NCBI GenBank assembly: GCA_048881705.1 | Contig: JBHLSH010000024.1 | Span: forward strand, 1 to 45,228 | Reading direction: 5' to 3' | Source: Candidatus Heimdallarchaeota archaeon | GTDB lineage: Archaea; Asgardarchaeota; Heimdallarchaeia; Hodarchaeales; Hodarchaeaceae | Length of the DNA stretch: 45,228 nt | Shown: positions 1 through 7,997 of the stretch, one piece after another | How positions within the stretch are numbered: position 1 is the stretch's first letter | How the letters are laid out: each line of letters starts with the position of its first letter | Position numbers and translations under genes: made by a program | The notes under the pieces: generated by a model | What the model was told of the DNA's origin: nothing | What the model saw: the letters and a program-made list of their open reading frames with translations, nothing else | Database searches by the model: none

Positions 1-1
1 A

Positions 2-355
2 GTAGTGGTTTCATTCAAAGATCCATGTGAGCTTGGACGCCATTGTAACGTGTACGACGAGGCACGTGATCTTATCAATCTGCTGCCTGGCGTTGAAAAT
101 CGAGAACTAGCCAATAATCGGGAAAACGCGCTGTGTTGCGGAGCTGGTGGACTACTTAAAGTAAATAATCCAAAGATGGCAGGAGAAATTGCAGGTAGAC
201 TTATTGAGCAAATGGAGGAGGTTGGAACAGAATACTGTTTGAATGCGTGCCCATCGTGCCTTCTTAACATCGACCAGTACTTGCGCCGCAGAAACTCTCC
301 CATCAAATCTATCGATATTGCCCAATTGGTCCACGATCGGACGAAGCTAGCGTGA
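2..355 (+). CDS. 5'-truncated CCG-domain Fe-S oxidoreductase (GlpC/HdrD-like), C-terminal part
   Basis: Cys motifs DPCELGRH, CCGAGG and CPSC typical of CCG domains; the frame is open to the window edge; the stop overlaps the next start (GTGA). Confidence 0.85.
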   Translation, partial: VVVSFKDPCELGRHCNVYDEARDLINLLPGVENRELANNRENALCCGAGGLLKVNNPKMAGEIAGRLIEQMEEVGTEYCLNACPSCLLNIDQYLRRRNSPIKSIDIAQLVHDRTKLA

Positions 356-1242
356 CTTCTCTCGATGTTTTGAAAGTATGTGTACTTCAACCTACCCGGC
401 ATCTAGGAGATTTTCGAAAGAATCTCAAACAGTATGAACGGCTGCTGGAGGATCATTCTGCGTTTCTTGAGCAATCTCACATATTCTGCCTCCCTGAATA
501 CTGGAATGGAGTTGGTTCTCATAACTTTTCCTTAGCTCTCCACCAAAAGTCAATATCATTCTTAATAGATCTGGCGGTCTCTTTCCAAACCTGGGTTATC
601 GGGGGTAGCCATTTAGTTGAAAATCAGGAGAAATTCTATAATCGGTGTCATGTTTTCGATCCGACAGGAAAACTAGTGGGCACCTACGATAAAAGACGTC
701 CGTTTGGATATGAGAAGGTCAGAGGTTTAACCGCGGGGACTAGTGAATTAATCTTGTCAATTGGAAAATGGAAAATAGGAGTACGCATTTGCAATGATCT
801 TTGGAATGTCAGTGATTATGCCCAGCTGATCAAAAAAGAATTGGACGTATTATTCTGTCCCATTCTAACCACGGTTCCCAATAAACTTTTTACTAACTAT
901 GGAAGATTTATGTGGCACAATTTAGCTTTGATCAGGGCTAAAGAAGGGGCAACTGTATTAGTAGTTAGTGATTCAGCAATGTCTCCGATTCGTGAACCCT
1001 ACTGGAGTGTCGGTGCAAGCTGTATTGCTGATCCTTCACAAAGATTCCAAAACTCAGATGAAATAGGGCAAGGCCTTCTTAAGACAATATCCAGCGGAGA
1101 GGAAGGGATTTTGACGAAAAAACTGGATTACCAGGCGATCCGAAATCAGAGACAGTATCGTATAGAAATGGGGCTATTGGATGCTCAATTGAATCCCCCT
1201 ATCAGTGACTTTGACAGTGAAAATTCACAAGAATTGAAGTAA
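352..1242 (+). CDS. Carbon-nitrogen hydrolase (nitrilase superfamily)
   Basis: Glu-Lys-Cys triad contexts LPEYW, YDKRRPF and ICNDLW. Confidence 0.85.
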   Translation: MTSLDVLKVCVLQPTRHLGDFRKNLKQYERLLEDHSAFLEQSHIFCLPEYWNGVGSHNFSLALHQKSISFLIDLAVSFQTWVIGGSHLVENQEKFYNRCHVFDPTGKLVGTYDKRRPFGYEKVRGLTAGTSELILSIGKWKIGVRICNDLWNVSDYAQLIKKELDVLFCPILTTVPNKLFTNYGRFMWHNLALIRAKEGATVLVVSDSAMSPIREPYWSVGASCIADPSQRFQNSDEIGQGLLKTISSGEEGILTKKLDYQAIRNQRQYRIEMGLLDAQLNPPISDFDSENSQELK

Positions 1243-1275
1243 AAAAGAGAAAAAGAAGGAGAGGGGAAAAGGGGA
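1240..1275 (-). terminator. Pyrimidine/oligo-T tract downstream of the M48 protease gene (archaeal-type terminator)
   Basis: Minus strand reads ...TTTTCCCCTCTCCTTCTTTTTCTCTTTTTT about 20-55 nt after the stop, between convergent genes. Confidence 0.45.
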
Positions 1276-1294
1276 TTAGCTAGTTACTCATTAG

Positions 1295-3112
1295 CTAAAA
1301 CGAAAATCCACCGATTACCATAAAGATTCCCAGCAGAATGATAACCCACATGAATAGCCAATTCAGCCCAGACCACCTGTTATGAAATTCTTGTCCATCA
1401 TCGGTAAGAATTTTCCAAACTTGAAGTATAGGGGCAGGTTGACGATGATACCAGCCGTATGCTCTGACATTTCGGCCTTGAAGTTCCCCTGCTCGAAACA
1501 GTGCAAAGAAGAACGACATAAGACCTCCGATAATGGGGATGGCAGGCGAATAATCCAAGGTGATTATCCCCGTATTATCTTGGATAACAAGATCCTCACT
1601 GAGGAAATATCCAGGTGTTCCCCGTCCTACCACTTTTCCCTCAATCACAGCTTTCTTACCTCGTAACGGCGATGCCTCATAATATCCATTCTTGGTTTGG
1701 TCGGTCAAACAATGAGTCACCGTTACTGTAGGATCACTCAACCGTATCTTGGGATACTTCTCCCAACGACGCCATTTCCAAATGAGTCCACAGAGAATTA
1801 AGGCAAGTCCTGCACCAATGGTTCCATTCATGAAGGAGATTCCTGCTGGTCTTACTATTTCACCCAGGAAGAAACCCAATATTGGTAAAATGAAGAAAAG
1901 AAAGGGAGCAATATATTGGAGAAATATATCGATGAGAAATTCATCCCAAAGTGATTCTGGAAGTTTTACCTTTCCTACCCCTGGAAATTCAGGAGCCTGA
2001 CCCTTTTCTTCCTGCATACGGTTCAGGGCAATTATTCTTTTGGCTGGAAGAGGATGGGTGGATGACAGCTCTAGGAATCGACCCCATGGGTTTGAAAGAT
2101 CCCATTGGGCCGCCTTGGCGACATTTTCATCATTCAGCTCTATCCCACGGCCGTATGCGGAATAAGCTAAATTCTTGGCACCTGCAACATCAAAGATACC
2201 CAATGAACGCATTCCTGTGTAGAAGGCAGATTGTTTGGAGGCTTGTCTTCTGGCTGTTGGAGAAAGAGATTCGTCATGTATCCGTTCGGCTACTGCCGCG
2301 TCTTCTTTCACCATTCCGTAAGCAATTTTCACTAACGCCCTCGATAATGCACCAGGCTGCCCTGTAGCTTCGGCCGAAAAACTATCAGCATAAAATTCTC
2401 GTACTCGAGACAGAAACAGTACTATATAGCGTGAAAGAACATAAGCTATGAGTGCCCCTACTGCCGCAACAGCAGCAATTGCTCCCACACTTGCCGCGTC
2501 ATCACTCCCGCGGCGTCCGCCCCTGCTTTGTGTACTGTATCTAGCAAAAGTCCATAGACCCTGATAGAATGAATATGCGATCAAAGGAATTGCCGCAGCA
2601 ACGGTCATCCAGATAAAATCTCTGTGGATAATGTGCCCAGATTCGTGTGAAACTACTGCGATTTGCTCCTCCTCTGTCAGATAGTTTAAAATTCCCTCTG
2701 TAATTGCCATACGAGCTCTTTTTTTAGTGTGGCCATAAACAAACGCATTAGGATTGTTATCATGGATGATGGCCACCCATTTGAGGGAAAAATTATTCAA
2801 TTCCATTTCGTGCCGGAGATAACCAACAAGATGGGGAGGAAGATCTTCGACCTGATATTTGGTCGCATTAAATACCCAACCAATCGTAAAATCCATGATC
2901 CATGGAGATATCAGATATTGGATAAAAACTACAAAAAGTGCGAATAGGACAGGTAATAAGATTATCATGTACTCGGATCCAGGTGGGAACAACCCGGGTA
3001 CGGTTAGTGAAGCCACTGCAATTAGGGCCATACCTAAAATAAATATAAGTCCCCATAGCGCGGACATGATGAATAGACTACGGATGTACAAGTTCCTTGG
3101 CATTTTTGACAC
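1295..3112 (-). CDS. htpX: M48-family (HtpX-like) membrane zinc metalloprotease with C-terminal extension
   Basis: NPNAFVYG, HESGH (HEXXH), SRVREFYAD (third Zn ligand), STHPLPAKRI; several TM helices; about 250 extra C-terminal residues. Confidence 0.85.
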   Translation of the reverse strand: MSKMPRNLYIRSLFIMSALWGLIFILGMALIAVASLTVPGLFPPGSEYMIILLPVLFALFVVFIQYLISPWIMDFTIGWVFNATKYQVEDLPPHLVGYLRHEMELNNFSLKWVAIIHDNNPNAFVYGHTKKRARMAITEGILNYLTEEEQIAVVSHESGHIIHRDFIWMTVAAAIPLIAYSFYQGLWTFARYSTQSRGGRRGSDDAASVGAIAAVAAVGALIAYVLSRYIVLFLSRVREFYADSFSAEATGQPGALSRALVKIAYGMVKEDAAVAERIHDESLSPTARRQASKQSAFYTGMRSLGIFDVAGAKNLAYSAYGRGIELNDENVAKAAQWDLSNPWGRFLELSSTHPLPAKRIIALNRMQEEKGQAPEFPGVGKVKLPESLWDEFLIDIFLQYIAPFLFFILPILGFFLGEIVRPAGISFMNGTIGAGLALILCGLIWKWRRWEKYPKIRLSDPTVTVTHCLTDQTKNGYYEASPLRGKKAVIEGKVVGRGTPGYFLSEDLVIQDNTGIITLDYSPAIPIIGGLMSFFFALFRAGELQGRNVRAYGWYHRQPAPILQVWKILTDDGQEFHNRWSGLNWLFMWVIILLGIFMVIGGFSF

Positions 3113-3233
3113 CTTTTAGGTTTAATAAAGTTTAGGTTTAGACCAATACAATGGATTTGAAAAACCTTTAGGTTGCCGAAGGTTTGTATTTTTGGTATTC
3201 AGCGGCGACACAGCATGCCCACGATTACGTAAA

Positions 3234-3266
3234 GAAAAGAAAGGTAGCCCCCTCTAGATGAGGGTA
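3234..3266 (-). terminator. Short hairpin plus T-tract after the MFS gene
   Basis: Minus strand CCCTC-ATCTA-GAGGG followed by TTTCTTTTCTTT, just downstream of the stop at 3275. Confidence 0.35.
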
Positions 3267-3274
3267 CAAATCGT

Positions 3275-4522
3275 TCATTTGGATTGAGTGTTGGCCTGTT
3301 GAGCTCGTTCTTGTAGAATTGTTCTGATTTGCGCTGATTCCCCATGGATCATTGGGATGCAAAGGGCCCATGCAAGTGCTGCCACTCCATAAAACCCAAG
3401 ACTTACAGTGAACACGATACTGTAAGTCGTAACAGTAAGCAATAGTGTGCCAACAATAATTCCAACGATTGCGCCAATTTGATCTGTAATTGAAAATAAC
3501 GCCCCTAAACTCCCCCGATGCTCTGGTAGCGACACTTCAAACATTAAAGAAGTACGATTAGGGCCAGAGCCGCCCCCAATGAAGCTACCTAACCAGAAAA
3601 ATACACTAAAAAGAAAAAAGAAAATCCAAAATGGATCCATGACCATAAATGCCAGGAAAAACGCTACAGCTTGGCCTATCATACAGTAGGCTGCGATTTT
3701 TGCCCGTACCTTCGGAGTTTGTTGTTTCTTCATCATTACATCTCCAATACGTCCAAAAACAGGATAACCTATCGCTCTTCCACTAGCAATTGTAATAGCA
3801 ATTACACTCGCCATTCCGATGGGGATTGACAACCCCGTGGCAAGAAAAGATACCAGAAAGTAGGTAAAAATGGTTCCAGGTATTAGAGCAAAAACTCCTT
3901 GAAGCATAAGCCAAAATATGGTTCGAGAGGTAAGGATCTCTGGAAGATGAAAGATCTGGATCCTCCATGGATAGTCATATTCATCCAAATGGTGAAATGC
4001 AGGTTCTTGTCGTCCACGCTGGGGCATTTGGAGGAAAGACAGCCAAATCAAGAGAATCATGCCAATAATCGAGATTACGCCAAAGGATATCTTCCAAGTG
4101 GAAGGGGTGGCAAAAAGCCCTCCTAAGAGAATACCGGCCGCAGAAGACCCCACCCAAGAAAGATTCAAACCTGACGCGATCACTCCCCGATCGTCATAGG
4201 CCGCAAAGTCTGCCAACAACGAATAAGCAAGCGGTGAAAACGTTGACAGTCCAACAGCCATTCCCCACCTTCCCAGAACGTACAAACCTAGATTCACGGG
4301 AGAGAGATAAAGTGTGAATGAGGGAATAAGCCACAAGACAACTCCAATTCCAAGGAGCCTTTTCCGTTCGAATCGATCTGTAATATATCCCCAAGCTAAT
4401 GAACAAAAAGCTGAAATCGCCAAGTAACCCGCTTCAACTAATCCCATCAGTGGGAATTCAAATATATCTGCGAGTAAAGTCAAGTATGGGATCGGGAGCG
4501 TCGTCCCGATCCCATTTATCAA
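3275..4522 (-). CDS. Major facilitator superfamily transporter
   Basis: About 12 hydrophobic helices; MFS motif A WGYITDRFERKRLL and repeat GRIGD; EHRGSLGA in the C-terminal half. Confidence 0.85.
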   Translation of the reverse strand: MINGIGTTLPIPYLTLLADIFEFPLMGLVEAGYLAISAFCSLAWGYITDRFERKRLLGIGVVLWLIPSFTLYLSPVNLGLYVLGRWGMAVGLSTFSPLAYSLLADFAAYDDRGVIASGLNLSWVGSSAAGILLGGLFATPSTWKISFGVISIIGMILLIWLSFLQMPQRGRQEPAFHHLDEYDYPWRIQIFHLPEILTSRTIFWLMLQGVFALIPGTIFTYFLVSFLATGLSIPIGMASVIAITIASGRAIGYPVFGRIGDVMMKKQQTPKVRAKIAAYCMIGQAVAFFLAFMVMDPFWIFFFLFSVFFWLGSFIGGGSGPNRTSLMFEVSLPEHRGSLGALFSITDQIGAIVGIIVGTLLLTVTTYSIVFTVSLGFYGVAALAWALCIPMIHGESAQIRTILQERAQQANTQSK

Positions 4523-4639
4523 AATTAAGGTGAAAAGGAAGCTGAGAGAAAATAATTGACTTCGTTGTCTTGCCAGGTGGATATCTCTCCTCAGCTGGAG
4601 TTTTTTGTTCTTACTTGACTTAGACTTTCAGGAGAATGC

Positions 4640-6178
4640 TCATGGAAAAATGGAGCTAAGAGATCCCAAACTTATTCCAATGAAAGATAAAGCAGCTCCT
4701 GCATACCCTATCAATTTTGCTCCCAACACCTTGAAATAGTGAACTAAATCCCGATGTACAGTTATAACAACGGACTTACCACTTAATATTCCCTCTGTTT
4801 CAGTCGACATGGCAACATTCACTACATGCGTACCGTGCCGATTGGGGCGAAACTGTAGGCTTATGGCATCTCCCACCTGAAGAATGCCGCTCACTAAACT
4901 AAGTACGTCGTCTGATTCGGTGGTAGAGGTGAACTCTAAACGAGTATTCGTTGAAGGAATCTCCAAGGTTCCCTCATCCAGTAATAGTGCCTGGGAGGCA
5001 TCATCTGGATCAAGAGAACTCATCGAGGTTTGCGCTTGAATTTGAACCATTCTTCGACGTTTTGTTAAATTTAGGACAAAAATTAGGATTCGAAAGGGAT
5101 CAATATTTCCCATTACTGAAGTTGGGTGTGTTATGCTTACATATTCCTGATGTTTCCTCAGCAAACCAAGATTATCTTTGACTAGCACAAAAATGCGTTG
5201 TACAAGCTCGAAAACTTGGGGGATCTCATCTTTTATGTCTCGTAGAATTACCCGAAGCGTATTTTCGCTAATCCCGCTTTCCCATCCCTCTTGGAAACGT
5301 CCTAGATAGTTCGGAGCGATAATTTCGCTTAGCTCTCGTTGAAAAACATTGTCGGTCATTAGCTCGGGTTTAAATTCTCTTAAGTATGTCAGTAGAAAAA
5401 TTTTCTCACGAGCTCGTTCCATTCTGGTTTGTTCGTCCAGTTCGGGGAGGTATGTTGGGTTAAAGTGTTCAATGATTGAATTAGACCACTCATCAAAGTG
5501 AATTCGGGTAATAGGATCGAGCCTGACTAGGATTGAATCAGTTAGAATATTATCTAACCGAATGGGCAAGCTTTTTGGGGAATAATAGCGCATCAGACCG
5601 CCAGGATGGAGGGCTGTCTTGTTTGGCAAACGTAAGAGTAAGGAGGCCCCACTCGAGATTGCCAAAAGCCCTATGCTCGCTGTAAAAATAAATAAACGCG
5701 CAACATCTGTAATTTCTAGTAGCCAGACTGCTGTGACGAATACAGCGAAAGAAATAATGACTGTAATCGTTACCGAGTACGATCCTCGATATAAGAGCCG
5801 TATTCTACCAGCCACCTCATCAAATCCTTCTACACCTTCTATTAATAGTCCAGAACTGGTTATCTTCTTAATTTCCTCGTTAAAAGCCCTTTCCTGGATG
5901 AACCCATTAACAGCGAAAGGGAAAGCAGCAACGATAAGCAGCAGGTATGTTACAACAGTCGCATCGCGAATGAATTGAATAAATGCTCTTGGTTCTGACG
6001 GAACACCGGCAATATCAGGAATAAATAGATTCCATCGTGAATCCGTCAAATCACTAGGAATAATGGCTTGATAGTAAAGTAATATGGCCAAAACTATCGG
6101 GAGTAACCCCAAAAAGATTATTCCAACCCGTCTGCAATACGAATTTAAGATCGAATCAAAATTCATCTCCGATACCAT
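4640..6178 (-). CDS. Hypothetical multi-pass membrane protein with a large soluble domain
   Basis: 512-aa ORF; about 4 N-terminal TM helices, then a helical region, a beta-rich region and a hydrophobic C-terminus; no recognised motif. Confidence 0.7.
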   Translation of the reverse strand: MVSEMNFDSILNSYCRRVGIIFLGLLPIVLAILLYYQAIIPSDLTDSRWNLFIPDIAGVPSEPRAFIQFIRDATVVTYLLLIVAAFPFAVNGFIQERAFNEEIKKITSSGLLIEGVEGFDEVAGRIRLLYRGSYSVTITVIISFAVFVTAVWLLEITDVARLFIFTASIGLLAISSGASLLLRLPNKTALHPGGLMRYYSPKSLPIRLDNILTDSILVRLDPITRIHFDEWSNSIIEHFNPTYLPELDEQTRMERAREKIFLLTYLREFKPELMTDNVFQRELSEIIAPNYLGRFQEGWESGISENTLRVILRDIKDEIPQVFELVQRIFVLVKDNLGLLRKHQEYVSITHPTSVMGNIDPFRILIFVLNLTKRRRMVQIQAQTSMSSLDPDDASQALLLDEGTLEIPSTNTRLEFTSTTESDDVLSLVSGILQVGDAISLQFRPNRHGTHVVNVAMSTETEGILSGKSVVITVHRDLVHYFKVLGAKLIGYAGAALSFIGISLGSLSSIFP

Positions 6179-6264
6179 CCACGAAGATCGGATCTAATCA
6201 CCCGATCAACTTTCTTTAGGAAATAAAATATCTGCTGAACTGGCGAAATACTCTGGCTAGCCCC

Positions 6265-6293
6265 TTATAAACGGTAGCTACCGCCACTTAAAC
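6265..6293. promoter_or_regulatory. Back-to-back TATA-like boxes flanking a 12-bp palindrome (divergent promoter)
   Basis: TTATAAA at 6265-6271, CGGTAGCTACCG at 6272-6283, and a minus-strand TTTAAG at about 6287-6292, between divergent genes. Confidence 0.4.
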
Positions 6294-6327
6294 CAGAAAA
6301 CGTACACTAATTTAGGAATGAAAGCTA

Positions 6328-6810
6328 TTGGAAGATCCTTCCGATCCATCAAAACCATTGGATGACCAAAATTATAGAAAATCAGTTCTTTTTCTTTGTA
6401 CACATAATAGTGCCCGATCTCAAATGGCAGAAGGTATCCTTAAGGCAAAATTTCCCTCCAAATACAAAGTGTATAGTGCGGGGACTCATCCAACCTCGGT
6501 GAAACGTGAGGCCATCCAAGTCATGAAAGAAGTTGGCATCGATATCTCTAGAAATACCTCCAAGGGCCTGGTAAACTTCCTTGATATGGCAATTGATTAC
6601 GTTGTAACAGTGTGCGATACAGCAAAAGAGAATTGTCCCTATTTTCCAGGAGCGAAAGAATATATACACAAGAGCTTCGACGATCCATCAACTTTGGTTG
6701 ACTTTCGAAGGGTACGAAATCAGATACAAAAGTGGATTATCAATCGGTTCGCGGAATTTCCTAATCCAGTTAAAGGGAATAAAGCCAAAGATACGGCAAG
6801 AACAGAGTGA
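6328..6810 (+). CDS. arsC: Arsenate reductase, thioredoxin-coupled LMW-PTP type
   Basis: P-loop CTHNSARSQMAE, SAGT, VVTVCD...CP (the three redox Cys), and FDDP. Confidence 0.85.
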   Translation: MEDPSDPSKPLDDQNYRKSVLFLCTHNSARSQMAEGILKAKFPSKYKVYSAGTHPTSVKREAIQVMKEVGIDISRNTSKGLVNFLDMAIDYVVTVCDTAKENCPYFPGAKEYIHKSFDDPSTLVDFRRVRNQIQKWIINRFAEFPNPVKGNKAKDTARTE

Positions 6811-6869
6811 ATGGATCCTTTTCTCGAATTTTTGTTCAAACGGGATCAATACATAGAAAACGGGGTGTC

Positions 6870-7904
6870 CTAGTTTTCCTTTGGTGTATCTTGGTCAACG
6901 GGTGGGGGGGCATACGTTACTTCGGTTTGACCTTGATCATCAGTTAAAGTAACCGATGTAACTCCGTATCCGACCTCAATCGAATCAACAATCAATTGAT
7001 AGAATTTTCCCTGGAAAAAAATGTTATAGAAGAGAACAATGAGGGTTAACATCAGGGAAACGTTTACAATACAGAAGACCACAAGACCGCCAATCAATTC
7101 AATCCGATTCCCAAAATCAGTGATGACATTCGCTCCCAAAGCTACCACTGAACCTGCCGTGATAATCCCCGCTGTAATATTTAGAACCTTGGCGCCCACA
7201 AACCAATTGAGTTTTGCTGCAGAGTTATAGGCCTTAAGATTTGCATCAATTAACATCCAACCCACTGGATAAATTAAAGAAAATACAAGTGGCACAAGAA
7301 TCAAAATGATGACAAATCTTAATATGAAAGAGATTATATCTGTTTCCGCAGTGGCGTTCAAAATGACTCTAGGATCACTGCCCAAGAAATCTGAAAGTAA
7401 ATTCAGGAGGAATGCCGAAACGGAGACCCACGCAATTAGTAAGGATATGAATTTTGTTGTAATCTGGGGATTCCCTATTCTTCTGTTTTCGTATGGAACA
7501 AATTCCATATAGTGAACATCACCTCTGGTAAATAGAAGTCTGAGAGCCTTATTGTCAATCAAATAGTGGGCAATCCGTGGTGTCGCAAAGGTTCCAATGA
7601 TGAACCAAATGTAAATAATAATGAAGGCAACTATTATACTGATAGGAATCCCAAGCAAATTTGGGGAGATAGAAAATACAGTAAATCGGAGATCCAGAAT
7701 GAATAATAGAGATGAAACCAATCCTAATATTGCGACCAGAATTACCCCTCCCCTTGTGAATCGGAATTTGGGGTATCTTAAGCTATTGAACATATCCCTA
7801 AGAGTCATTATCATAAATTCGCTTAGGCGCTCTTTCTTCGTGGATTCAGTGGACTGATTAAGATCCTTGTTCTGCCGTGTTTCTTGCGCTAGGTCATCTT
7901 TCAT
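6870..7904 (-). CDS. Hypothetical integral membrane protein
   Basis: 344-aa ORF with about 6-7 TM helices and an SD-like GGAG upstream. Confidence 0.7.
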   Translation of the reverse strand: MKDDLAQETRQNKDLNQSTESTKKERLSEFMIMTLRDMFNSLRYPKFRFTRGGVILVAILGLVSSLLFILDLRFTVFSISPNLLGIPISIIVAFIIIYIWFIIGTFATPRIAHYLIDNKALRLLFTRGDVHYMEFVPYENRRIGNPQITTKFISLLIAWVSVSAFLLNLLSDFLGSDPRVILNATAETDIISFILRFVIILILVPLVFSLIYPVGWMLIDANLKAYNSAAKLNWFVGAKVLNITAGIITAGSVVALGANVITDFGNRIELIGGLVVFCIVNVSLMLTLIVLFYNIFFQGKFYQLIVDSIEVGYGVTSVTLTDDQGQTEVTYAPPPVDQDTPKEN

Positions 7905-7997
7905 CTGTCAATAGACTCCTTACTCATCCTTTTCTCTTTTCTTGTATCCAGAAGGCATATTGATATAGTTATGGGAAGAGATTTGGTCAACTTCAAC

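Noticed and set aside
6328-6810. Arsenic-resistance operon
   Set aside because: arsC stands alone; no arsR, acr3/arsB or arsA is adjacent.
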